The translations under genes and the position numbers were made by a program. Positions 10,347 through 19,039 of a DNA stretch of 64,000 nt are shown here, piece after piece (position 1 is the stretch's first letter; every line of letters begins with the position of its first letter). Origin of the DNA: a virus (Duplodnaviria > Caudoviricetes); the IMG/VR virus record IMGVR_UViG_3300010883_000022, positions 1,251 through 65,250 of that record; one strand, 5' to 3'. The notes under the pieces were generated by a model. The model saw nothing but the letters and a program-made list of their open reading frames with translations. It was not told the DNA's origin and made no database searches.

Positions 10347-11687
10347 TTAGCGAAGAAGCGGCGATCCCGCAATTCTTCGTTTGTCCTTAATAGCTATTAA
10401 ATCTGTGTTTGAATACAACATATTTGAATTGGCGTGCTGGGCATCGGGGTGCTCATCCCAACGGCGAGCTGTGTGAAAACAGGCAGTGTAGCCCTTTTCT
10501 CCAACAGGGGCCGCTGTGTCTGCGTTCTCAAAAAGCAAAAAGGAATTGCTGTTCCAAAAACTTTTGTACGTAGGTACCTGAAAAGCCGCGCGCCCGTCTG
10601 TACTAGGCACAGACAAAGATAACCAACCCCCCGGCGCTAACTTTTCCCACACTGTATTAATCCAAGAAAGCACATCTTCTCCCGCCATATATTGAAGCAC
10701 ATCTTTTGCGCGTACCCAACCTATTGAATTATCGACCAGGTCCTTCACATCTAAATAATGTGACACCCCCTCCGATGCCCTATTAGCAACAACTAGTACT
10801 GGCAACCCGCGCCTTCGACAATCTTCATTAACGATAGCATGTGTTCTTTGATGTGCTATATCTCCTTCAACTTTTTGTATCTCCTTATTCATCAGCGAAA
10901 TGCTTCTACTACCACTCCACTGACGATAGAGATACAGGCATTTATCAATATGATGAAAATCAACCCCGGCTAAGTATGTTCTGCTTACTAAATCAAAGTC
11001 GTCACATACGCAGTACTTGGGATCGTGCCCACCAACTTTATTGTACGCTTCTTTACTCCATACACGCACGTGATTTGGCGTTGTAAATATTCTGTGTAAG
11101 GAATCTGCAGTCGGCGGGAACGCCCGGCTCGCTAAAAAATCCGCCCCGTTAAGAACTACGGGGTAGCTCTCCCACCCATTGTCTTCTGGGTAAGTAATAG
11201 ACGACCCATCTTCTCTGAAGGACGCAAAGTTTGAATACAAGAACCCGGCGCCAGTCTTTTTGTACGCCTTAACAACTTCAAAAAGCGCATCAGTTGATAG
11301 TATATCATCGTGGTCGAGCTCAACATATAACTGACCACTGCATTGATAAGCGGCAAACTTTTTCAAACTACCGATACTGACATCCGCGCCGGCATCGATA
11401 GGAAAATATGTCACCTTTACACGGGAATCTTTACGAATTACCGCCGGTATATCCGTAATCTTTTCTAGCGCCCCGTTGGGAACAAGCACCCACTCCCAAT
11501 TAGAATACACCTGGGCACGCAGTGACTCGTAGCATTCTTTCAGGTGTACGATGTTATCCGTAGGTGTAAAGACGCTCACAAGCAAATCTTTCTTCTTGCT
11601 TGTAGGAGTTCTTTTCTCTGTCGCCTTCCTGGCTGGTTTCTTTGGCGCCCTCCTGGCTACCTTCTTCTTCTTTGGGGTAGCTGCCAC
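10347..11687 (-). CDS. GT2 glycosyltransferase fused to a degenerate SAM-methyltransferase-like domain
   Basis: VSVFTPT, ELDHDD, VGGHD...CDDFDL; C-terminal LAPGGWLSLSVP; GTG start at 11687 follows AGGAG; K/A/P-rich N-tail. Confidence 0.8.
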   Translation of the reverse strand: MAATPKKKKVARRAPKKPARKATEKRTPTSKKKDLLVSVFTPTDNIVHLKECYESLRAQVYSNWEWVLVPNGALEKITDIPAVIRKDSRVKVTYFPIDAGADVSIGSLKKFAAYQCSGQLYVELDHDDILSTDALFEVVKAYKKTGAGFLYSNFASFREDGSSITYPEDNGWESYPVVLNGADFLASRAFPPTADSLHRIFTTPNHVRVWSKEAYNKVGGHDPKYCVCDDFDLVSRTYLAGVDFHHIDKCLYLYRQWSGSRSISLMNKEIQKVEGDIAHQRTHAIVNEDCRRRGLPVLVVANRASEGVSHYLDVKDLVDNSIGWVRAKDVLQYMAGEDVLSWINTVWEKLAPGGWLSLSVPSTDGRAAFQVPTYKSFWNSNSFLLFENADTAAPVGEKGYTACFHTARRWDEHPDAQHANSNMLYSNTDLIAIKDKRRIAGSPLLR

Positions 11688-11704
11688 TCTCTTTGCTCCT
11701 ATAT

Positions 11705-11744
11705 AAAAAACAGGCTGGTACACACGTAGTATACCAGCCTGTTT
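11705..11744 (-). terminator. Rho-independent terminator after head genes
   Basis: 13-bp perfect inverted repeat AAACAGGCTGGTA/TACCAGCCTGTTT with a T-run on minus strand. Confidence 0.7.
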
Positions 11745-11771
11745 AGAAATTCAAGTATCTCAACACCGCGA

Positions 11772-12152
11772 CTAGGCATGCCCAGTAACTGTGTCGTACG
11801 CACCCCAATCAAGATCTGCGACAGCATACGACCCGGCGGCGGGAGCAACTGTCTTAACGTCATCATTAGATGCGTCGAGGGTAACCTGCAACGGATCAGT
11901 AATGATCACGAGATACGGATCCCCACCTGTCCCGACTCCGGTAATTGGGTCGATGGGCTCCTGAAGAGCGGCGTTCAGCGCCTTCTCTTTACGAGGATTG
12001 CCCGCAACGAGTGACTTCAAATCACCAACGAACGTATAGTATTCGTCCTTTGCCAGAGACACGCCGTGCGGCCCCAAGAAACCAAAAAAGATATCTTCAT
12101 CAAGACCCGAAGAGTTTCGGACTTTGGTACGAAGTGATAAAAGATCTGCCAT
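11772..12152 (-). CDS. Hypothetical virion protein
   Basis: SD GGAGGT; in head module. Confidence 0.7.
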   Translation of the reverse strand: MADLLSLRTKVRNSSGLDEDIFFGFLGPHGVSLAKDEYYTFVGDLKSLVAGNPRKEKALNAALQEPIDPITGVGTGGDPYLVIITDPLQVTLDASNDDVKTVAPAAGSYAVADLDWGAYDTVTGHA

Positions 12153-12168
12153 AGTATATTACCTCCGA

Positions 12169-12570
12169 TTACTGTTGCTGGATCTGGTCAACCAATATGT
12201 TGGCCGCGACAGCATCCTGATATGTTAACGACGCTTCCTTCAAAAGAGGATCGCTTGCCATTTCATGAATGGCATTCTGCAGAGAAGAATCTGGCTGTGC
12301 ATTTTCTCCATAAACAGCACGATCCAACTCTTGGCCGGCCGCGTCTAAAAATTCATTCCGTTGCCCAGCAGACTTGGTTTGTTCCTGCCTCTGTGCAACT
12401 CTCAGCTTATCGCTCAAGTCCAACAGTTGCTGAGCTTCTTGCTCATTTTGCGGAACAACACCATAGTCTTCGGCCAGCTTATTAAAAAAGACCGGCGCAT
12501 GAACATTATCGAACAGGACGCTTTGGGCCTGGTCGGGTGTCAATTCCGGCACTTGCTGACTTTGCGACAT
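12169..12570 (-). CDS. Hypothetical head-associated protein with K-x-A motifs
   Basis: SD GGGAG; NKLA, TKSA, LKEA. Confidence 0.7.
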   Translation of the reverse strand: MSQSQQVPELTPDQAQSVLFDNVHAPVFFNKLAEDYGVVPQNEQEAQQLLDLSDKLRVAQRQEQTKSAGQRNEFLDAAGQELDRAVYGENAQPDSSLQNAIHEMASDPLLKEASLTYQDAVAANILVDQIQQQ

Positions 12571-12610
12571 AGTGAGTATCTCCCAAATTTGTAACGCATA
12601 ACAGGATTAA

Positions 12611-12634
12611 GCGGAGCCCTTGATTGGGCTCCGC
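12611..12634 (-). terminator. GC-rich hairpin after the major capsid gene (terminator or stabiliser)
   Basis: GCGGAGCCC-6nt-GGGCTCCGC; weak U-tract. Confidence 0.55.
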
Positions 12635-12646
12635 CATCCCTGTTTC

Positions 12647-13579
12647 TTACGTGAAGTTAGCGCGGGCAAGACCACTGGTGTGACCAATGGTTCCGCCTGC
12701 AGTTTCATAGGCGAAGAACTCAAGCATGTAAGCTTCCCGCTTGATGTACATAGTCGTATCCTCAAGCAAGTAGTTCTTACCAATGAACTTGGGATCCGCG
12801 AACTGGTAAATGGTGTCGTCAGCAACAAAACCGGTTCCGCGCTTGATCGTGATGATCCAGCGACAGTTCAGCAGTTCAGCTTCCGACCAACCATTCTTCA
12901 GGGTGTCCTGGCTGAAATCACCACCAGCCTCGTCACGACCCCACTTCATGATCTCTTTGATCGTCACGTTGTTGACCAAGATCGTGTTAACTTCCAGGTG
13001 ACTGGGAGTTGACGGCATGATCTTCAACGATTCGACAACCGTGTCACGAGTGATACCGCCAACAATATTCTTATGCTGGACGACACCTGACGTGGGAGTT
13101 GCGACACCCACAGTACCGATCGCTGTATTAACAGCGGCGAGGAACTTAGAGTCCTCTTCGGCCAACATGTCCTTGATAGCGTTGTCGCTAAGGACCTGCC
13201 GAATGTCCATGACGTAGGTACGCAGTTCATCAACATCTTTGGTGAAGCGCGGGGTCACGATACGATCGAACATAACCCGGTAGCGCGGTCCGCGGATGTA
13301 CAAGTTAATCGGCAAGGTTGCAAACGGGATCGAGATGGCCGCGGGGCTATCAGGTTCCTTGTCCACAATCTTGACCGGCTTGTCGGTATCGACCTGACGA
13401 TCCAGTTCGTCGTTGCTAATCTGCAACGGCGGAAGGATGCGGCGGTAAAACCCGTCTTCCCGCATCTTCGTACGAGTAAAATCATTCACCGCATCAATAG
13501 CGGTTTTCTCCATTCCTGGAGTCGAAAGCTGCTCAAACAGAGTCTCGTTGAGCAGTTGAGCTTCTGACTTATTAGTCAT
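12647..13579 (-). CDS. Major capsid protein (HK97 fold, inferred)
   Basis: 310 aa; follows protease, scaffold and decoration genes; strong RBS and downstream hairpin; short leader ending EKTA. Confidence 0.8.
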   Translation of the reverse strand: MTNKSEAQLLNETLFEQLSTPGMEKTAIDAVNDFTRTKMREDGFYRRILPPLQISNDELDRQVDTDKPVKIVDKEPDSPAAISIPFATLPINLYIRGPRYRVMFDRIVTPRFTKDVDELRTYVMDIRQVLSDNAIKDMLAEEDSKFLAAVNTAIGTVGVATPTSGVVQHKNIVGGITRDTVVESLKIMPSTPSHLEVNTILVNNVTIKEIMKWGRDEAGGDFSQDTLKNGWSEAELLNCRWIITIKRGTGFVADDTIYQFADPKFIGKNYLLEDTTMYIKREAYMLEFFAYETAGGTIGHTSGLARANFT

Positions 13580-14233
13580 GGTTTATTAACCTCCGTGTTC
13601 AATTTCATTTTAAAAGTAACATGCTCAACAGGGAGCTTAGCTTTGTCCCGGAAGATACACAGGCCAGAATCGCAGTACGCTAATGCCATGTGAGTTCGTG
13701 TTCGTACCAGTAGAAACAACACCGCAAACCGCCTGGTCAGTCCCAGTTGCGCTTGTTGAATCAAGTTCCCACGGCACCGACAACGCAGTTCCAGCATCAT
13801 CCTCGTTATTGAGGAACCCACCAATAGTCGCACTAGCGTTAGATACCGCAGCGCCAAGCAAATTGCCAGGAACATACGTCTGGGCAATGAACTCAGACGA
13901 TTCCAGTTCGTACGCGCCAGTAGCAACCAAACCGGACATTGCGCCCGTAGGAGCAACCGCGGTCCAGTAGTCACCGCCAGGATTAGCGACATCAGAATCG
14001 TCACTGCTATTCAGCAGGAAGATTGCCATACCAGTATTGCTGACGCCCGACTCATATTCGCCGACACTATTAAGATGAACAACACGACCCTGTTCGTACG
14101 GGTCAACGGTCACGTTAGCAGAAAGTTTAGCTGAATGATCAAGCGCGGCTTCGTGAAACCAGCCCTTGCACGCATCCAACGTGTGATCAAACATTTGACT
14201 AGGATTAACCATGGTTTATTAACCTCCGTGTTC
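13577..14233 (-). repeat. Identical 24-nt translation initiation region at 13577-13600 and 14210-14233
   Basis: GAACACGGAGGTTAATAAACCATG precedes both the decoration and capsid genes. Confidence 0.95.
13637..14212 (-). CDS. Capsid decoration/cement protein
   Basis: Immediately upstream of MCP with identical RBS; beta-rich small protein. Confidence 0.6.
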   Translation of the reverse strand: MVNPSQMFDHTLDACKGWFHEAALDHSAKLSANVTVDPYEQGRVVHLNSVGEYESGVSNTGMAIFLLNSSDDSDVANPGGDYWTAVAPTGAMSGLVATGAYELESSEFIAQTYVPGNLLGAAVSNASATIGGFLNNEDDAGTALSVPWELDSTSATGTDQAVCGVVSTGTNTNSHGISVLRFWPVYLPGQS

Positions 14234-14267
14234 GGATTTTTAATTTCGGAATAAAGTGGCCACCGCA

Positions 14268-14669
14268 TTAGTAGCCTAAAAGGGCCTCGCGATATCGACG
14301 GTCGGACTCTTTTTCGTTAGAAGTCGGAACGCCTGCAAACGGGCTGGTAAGGCTGTCATATGCGGCAGACTTAACAGTACCCGTCGGAGTACCCAACTGG
14401 CCGGCTTCCGCACCTATGCGGTGGTCGGCGACTTTCTCAAGGATTTCTAGCGCCTTGATCGGATCCCGGAGCATATCAGCCGCTGCTGACTTTTCATGCT
14501 CGTCAATTCGTTCATTACGCGCCAGCGCGTCAACTACAGCAGGGATTAACTCAGCGTACTTCTGCTGCACGGCCTGCTTCTCAGCTAGGACCGTTTCTGC
14601 TTTATCAAGCGCAGCAGAAGACCAAGCAATCTGCTCGATGACCTTCTGTTGAAGGGTTTTATTGGACAT
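14268..14669 (-). CDS. Helical scaffold-like protein
   Basis: Start MSNKTL after GGAGG; EKQA, EKSA, EKVA, VKSA. Confidence 0.65.
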   Translation of the reverse strand: MSNKTLQQKVIEQIAWSSAALDKAETVLAEKQAVQQKYAELIPAVVDALARNERIDEHEKSAAADMLRDPIKALEILEKVADHRIGAEAGQLGTPTGTVKSAAYDSLTSPFAGVPTSNEKESDRRYREALLGY

Positions 14670-14706
14670 AATTGTCATCCTCCGTGTGATCAATGTTAAT
14701 GCTTAC

Positions 14707-16053
14707 TCACCCAACAAGCTCGAGTACATGAGCTTTCATTAGGTCTCGAATTTTTCTTTCACGGTCATTTGTAGCTTCCTTAAACTGAAACTTTCCAGAC
14801 CGTTTAAACGACGTCAATGCTGAAGCCAACTTAGCGCCCTCTGCACCGGCTGCCCCCAATTCCTCACCCGGAACACCGGATTCCTGCAAAGCCATTGCTA
14901 GCTGCGCTAACAACTCTTCATCAGAAACAGGCTCTGGACCAGATTCAACGAGTTGCTGAATAGCTTCTGCAATCTCAGCGTCACCGACTTGGTCGCCTCC
15001 GCCAAGTCCCCCGCCGAGTTCTCCGCCAAGTCCCCCGCCAAGTTCTCCGCCGAGCTCTTCGCCGAGTCCTCCGCCAAGTTCTCCGCCAAGTCCCCCGCCA
15101 AGTTCTTCGCCGAGTCCTCCGCCGCCTTCGCCGGCCATCTGAGCAAGCAGTGCAGCTTCGTCACCACCTTCTTCCATGCCGGACGATTCGTCGCCGAACC
15201 CATCGTGATCTTCACCTTCAGCTTCACCGCCAAAAGCAGGATCTTCAAGGGGATGCTCGCCAATCTTTTCAGCTTCATGCGCCAACGTATGCAGATAACT
15301 TCCCACCAAATCCGCATCGTATGATGCATCTTTGATCGTCTGTTCAATGGTAGCTGCCGATCGCTCTTCTTCGGACATCTTTTCCATTCCAAGAACAGAA
15401 GCCAACTGGTACCCCGCGTCAGCAGCTTGCTGCGCTGCGGGAGCTACTGCAGCCTGCTTTACGGCAGGGGGCGCCACTTGCTGCTGATACTGGGGAGCTT
15501 CAACTAGCGGCGCCTGGGCTTTTTTTTGAATGTGTACCTCGCCAAAACCATAACCATTTGCGAAGTCAGCCAAAATATCGTTGCCTAGATTCAAGGCAGC
15601 TGTTTTAGCTTGCCAGAAATTCGCGCCTGTGCACGCGCTTTCCAATGATCCAAACTTTTCACCATCTTTAGTGTCAGCAGGATGCGCTGTACCCGGATCA
15701 TCTTTGTCACCCTTAAAGTCGTTCTCGACCGAGGGGTCTTCTCCGGTGGCGCTTTGCTGCGTGCCCATATTGAGCTGCCGGTCATCTTGAGCCGGTCCCG
15801 CATCGCCTTCGCTAAGGTCGTCTGGTGATTTACCGGGAATGTCATTTTTGACATCAGCTGAATTCTCAGCAGACCGGGCCCCTTCCGAGGCATCAGCAGT
15901 ACTGTCGTCTACTTTAGCTGACGGGTGCGAAGACTCTCCTGCGTACCCACCAGCTTCCGTATTAGCTGCTGCTGTTTTTTCAGCGGCAACTTCTTTCATG
16001 AAATCGTTCAACTGCTCAAAATATTGAGCGGTTTGGACTGAAGAACTGGTCAT
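14707..16053 (-). CDS. Acidic scaffold/core protein
   Basis: Between protease and capsid; D/E/G rich; EKTA, VKQA, EKMS, AKLA. Confidence 0.6.
   Translation of the reverse strand: MTSSSVQTAQYFEQLNDFMKEVAAEKTAAANTEAGGYAGESSHPSAKVDDSTADASEGARSAENSADVKNDIPGKSPDDLSEGDAGPAQDDRQLNMGTQQSATGEDPSVENDFKGDKDDPGTAHPADTKDGEKFGSLESACTGANFWQAKTAALNLGNDILADFANGYGFGEVHIQKKAQAPLVEAPQYQQQVAPPAVKQAAVAPAAQQAADAGYQLASVLGMEKMSEEERSAATIEQTIKDASYDADLVGSYLHTLAHEAEKIGEHPLEDPAFGGEAEGEDHDGFGDESSGMEEGGDEAALLAQMAGEGGGGLGEELGGGLGGELGGGLGEELGGELGGGLGGELGGGLGGGDQVGDAEIAEAIQQLVESGPEPVSDEELLAQLAMALQESGVPGEELGAAGAEGAKLASALTSFKRSGKFQFKEATNDRERKIRDLMKAHVLELVG
14995..15125 (-). repeat. Coding 12-nt tandem repeat (GGGL/GEEL/GGEL)
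   Basis: GGGLGEELGGGLGGELGGGLGEELGGELGGGLGGELGGGLGG in the translation. Confidence 0.9.
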
Positions 16054-16100
16054 ATTTAGTCACTCCTTTGACGGCAAATTGCTCGTGTCCTGTGCTATAC

Positions 16101-17543
16101 CTAATTTTGCAGGATACTAAGCGTTAATGTCAACGATAATTCCGCGCTTTGCGGTTCCATTTGAGTAAATGCGGCAACTTTATATAACGCATACTGCCGC
16201 GCAAGTTCTTCGCCGGGACCAGTAAAGGCTGCTGCCTTTTCCACACCCGGCAAAGGATTAACTCCTCTAAGTGTTGCCTTACGTATTCTACTCTCTATAT
16301 GATTTGATTTCAAAGAGTAGTCTGCTGCCAACGTGTTAGCAAGCTTACGATACTCTCCCATGTGTGTAGTTTCAGTGCTGATGAACGGATTGTTGCGAGC
16401 TGCTGTTTCAAAACTGCCATCCGTCAACATGCGATCATAAACACCAAAAAGATGTTGCTTAACTTGTGGTGCAACCGATGCAGCCTTTTCTGTATCTCCT
16501 TGTACCATAACAAGAAATTCTTCCACAGGTAATACAATTCCTTGTTCTGCCAGTGCACGAGTCATTTGAGCAACTTTAGTCGTCGTTACAAATTGCGCTC
16601 CAGGAATATTCACGGAAGTCCGTACTTCTGGTGAAAATGCCACAGATTTGTGCGCCCATTCTGAAACGCGCCCTTCTGCATCACTTAATTGCTGCGCCAG
16701 TTTAAGTTGCGCAATTACAGCAGAAGAAAGCTTCCCATCAAGAGAAAAATCTAACGGCATGGACAACTGCATATTCTCAGCAATTTCCGCTCCAGAAATA
16801 GTTGTCCCGTCCGAAGCCGCCTTCTCTAGTTGCCCCATTGTATAGGCAATACGATCAGCTGGCCTAAATACTTTGGAAATATCAAAAAATGTTGGGTCAG
16901 GATTATCTGCGTGAAGAATATGCCCACTCTCTAACACCGTACCAATTTTAGATGCAAGTCCGCCGTGCTTGCAAAGAGCGCCCGTACAATACTCACTACG
17001 ATTGCGCGCTTTGTTACCACAGCCACTACAAACATCGAACGGTACGCGACAAGCCATACTAACAGCAATATCATCACCATTAGCAAGTTTTTCCATCTCT
17101 TCGTCTGCAAGCAACCCGCCATTTCGTTTCGCCGCTTCCTTAGTGCTGTTAAGCGCAACAAGGAGCTCAATCCGCTTCATATCCGGATTGTAATTCGAAG
17201 CTTTAATAAGTCCGAAGCTTTTGTCCGGGTTCTTATTCTTATGGTTACGATACCAACGCGCATGCTTTACGAACGTATTATGATCTCGCTTACACGTTGC
17301 TTCTTTAAATCCATCGCCATTACGATTCGGCCCGTAGAACTCCGTTGAACCAACCGCAATGAGGTGTACAGGAATATCCCCCTCATCTAATTTGACGTTC
17401 TGGATCTCATCGGCAAACCGGTGACCTGCTCGTTTAATAAACGAACTTAAGTCGCTGCCTTTAAGGCCTTGGCTAGAAACTTTAATCAGTTGCGCAATAG
17501 GCTCGTCAAACGGCCATGCGCCTGGTGTGATGATTTTTAACAT
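16101..17543 (-). CDS. Prohead maturation protease with Cys-rich insert
   Basis: GPNRNGDGF, YRNH, VSMACRVPFDVCSGCGN, FFDISKVFRPAD; heads the capsid operon. Confidence 0.7.
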   Translation of the reverse strand: MLKIITPGAWPFDEPIAQLIKVSSQGLKGSDLSSFIKRAGHRFADEIQNVKLDEGDIPVHLIAVGSTEFYGPNRNGDGFKEATCKRDHNTFVKHARWYRNHKNKNPDKSFGLIKASNYNPDMKRIELLVALNSTKEAAKRNGGLLADEEMEKLANGDDIAVSMACRVPFDVCSGCGNKARNRSEYCTGALCKHGGLASKIGTVLESGHILHADNPDPTFFDISKVFRPADRIAYTMGQLEKAASDGTTISGAEIAENMQLSMPLDFSLDGKLSSAVIAQLKLAQQLSDAEGRVSEWAHKSVAFSPEVRTSVNIPGAQFVTTTKVAQMTRALAEQGIVLPVEEFLVMVQGDTEKAASVAPQVKQHLFGVYDRMLTDGSFETAARNNPFISTETTHMGEYRKLANTLAADYSLKSNHIESRIRKATLRGVNPLPGVEKAAAFTGPGEELARQYALYKVAAFTQMEPQSAELSLTLTLSILQN

Positions 17544-17545
17544 GG

Positions 17546-19030
17546 TTAGTGTTTGCCCTCCGTACGATCTGATTCTGCAAGCTCCGCGAGAAGACCAGCG
17601 AACAACGGCAGATGAGCAAGCCGGCGCAGCGCCGGGTTACGCCCAAACTTCCCGCGCAATGAGTTTTTCGGTACCTCGATGTCGCCGGCGCCGCCGCGGC
17701 CTTTTATACTGGTAGCCACGTCGGATATAACACCAGGGGGCGTTCGTTGGGCGCCGGGCAGCTTACGTCGTAGATTCTGCAACCACCTCGGGCCGCTCAT
17801 TGGTACGCCGCTGCTTAAGTTCGCAAGCGTATTCGGGGCGAACTGCATGCCGCCAGGAACAGGTTTAACTGTGGTATCGCCTAGAAGTTCAACGAGGTCG
17901 CGCTGTCTATATGCCGTCCCGTCGATCTGCACAGTCCCGCCATTTATCAAGTGCTGCAAATCACCCTGACTCGCATCCCGCACCCAATTCTTTACTCCCT
18001 GCGTTCTTGCTGCGGTCGCGTCAACCGGGATACGACCTGGCGCCACTGCCTCTACAGCATCAACCCCCGGTCGGCCGGGTCGGCTGGCCGAACCAGGATC
18101 ATCTATAACTTGGTTATATGTTCCATCAGGCTGAAGGATGGTGCCGTCTTTATATGTAGGTGGCCTGGCTGGCACCGCATGGACCTCAGGGACCGCGGCC
18201 GCCGCTGCCGTGCCGGTGCCCGGGGCATCCATCATCGGCACGTCCATGCCGGCAACTTGATGGCGAACCGCTTCAGGCAGCGCGGTTCTTACAGCCTGAG
18301 TCCTAGCCTTGATAGCCGGTTTGGTCGCATTTTTGAGATCAACCCGATTGCCACGTCCTTCAATCAGGGATAACCCACCGTGACCTAACCCTGATGTCAC
18401 GATGCCCGCTGCCGCCGGGCCACGGAGGATACCGTTTTCGTCGTAAGATGCTGGCAGGAGCGTATCCAGTACTTTCCCGCCGGGATATATCAAACCACTT
18501 GCAACGTTTGTGGCAGCATTGACGGCGTTATGAATCAAGCCCTTGTCGGCTCCTTCGGCATTCGCGAGCGCCTCCGCCTGGGCGACTGCGTTGGCGGCTT
18601 CCACTTGCGCCGCCGTACCCTCACCTGTAGTGCCTCCGTGTGGCAGTTGGCCGCCACCTGCAATGCTCAAAGCATTACTAACTCCACCCACCTGATCGTT
18701 CAGGTACGCGCCGCCAGCACCCAGTCCACCACCGGTTAATGCGCCCCACAGGACATTCGAGTAATCCCGATTCTTCTTCTTTTTCCGCTCTTCATTAAGC
18801 GCTGCAAGAAGACCGCCAGTACCCGCACCAGCAAGACCATAGGCCAATGGCTTCGATGTTGTGAGACCTGTTTTAAAGTCTTCCCAACTGTAAGCTTGCT
18901 TAGCGAAAGCAGTGTTCAATGTGTTTACCAACGTTGGCGACGCCTTACGCATTGCACGAATCTGATAAATGTATGCAGTAGCTTCTTTCGGCGTACCGAG
19001 AAGCACATGCGCAGGAATATTACTCATCAC
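17546..19030 (-). CDS. Glycine-zipper internal virion (ejection) protein
   Basis: AKQA then YGLAGAGTGGLLAAL-basic linker-LWGALTGGGLGAGGAYL; no Cys. Confidence 0.6.
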   Translation of the reverse strand: MMSNIPAHVLLGTPKEATAYIYQIRAMRKASPTLVNTLNTAFAKQAYSWEDFKTGLTTSKPLAYGLAGAGTGGLLAALNEERKKKKNRDYSNVLWGALTGGGLGAGGAYLNDQVGGVSNALSIAGGGQLPHGGTTGEGTAAQVEAANAVAQAEALANAEGADKGLIHNAVNAATNVASGLIYPGGKVLDTLLPASYDENGILRGPAAAGIVTSGLGHGGLSLIEGRGNRVDLKNATKPAIKARTQAVRTALPEAVRHQVAGMDVPMMDAPGTGTAAAAAVPEVHAVPARPPTYKDGTILQPDGTYNQVIDDPGSASRPGRPGVDAVEAVAPGRIPVDATAARTQGVKNWVRDASQGDLQHLINGGTVQIDGTAYRQRDLVELLGDTTVKPVPGGMQFAPNTLANLSSGVPMSGPRWLQNLRRKLPGAQRTPPGVISDVATSIKGRGGAGDIEVPKNSLRGKFGRNPALRRLAHLPLFAGLLAELAESDRTEGKH

Positions 19031-19039
19031 CCCAGCTCC

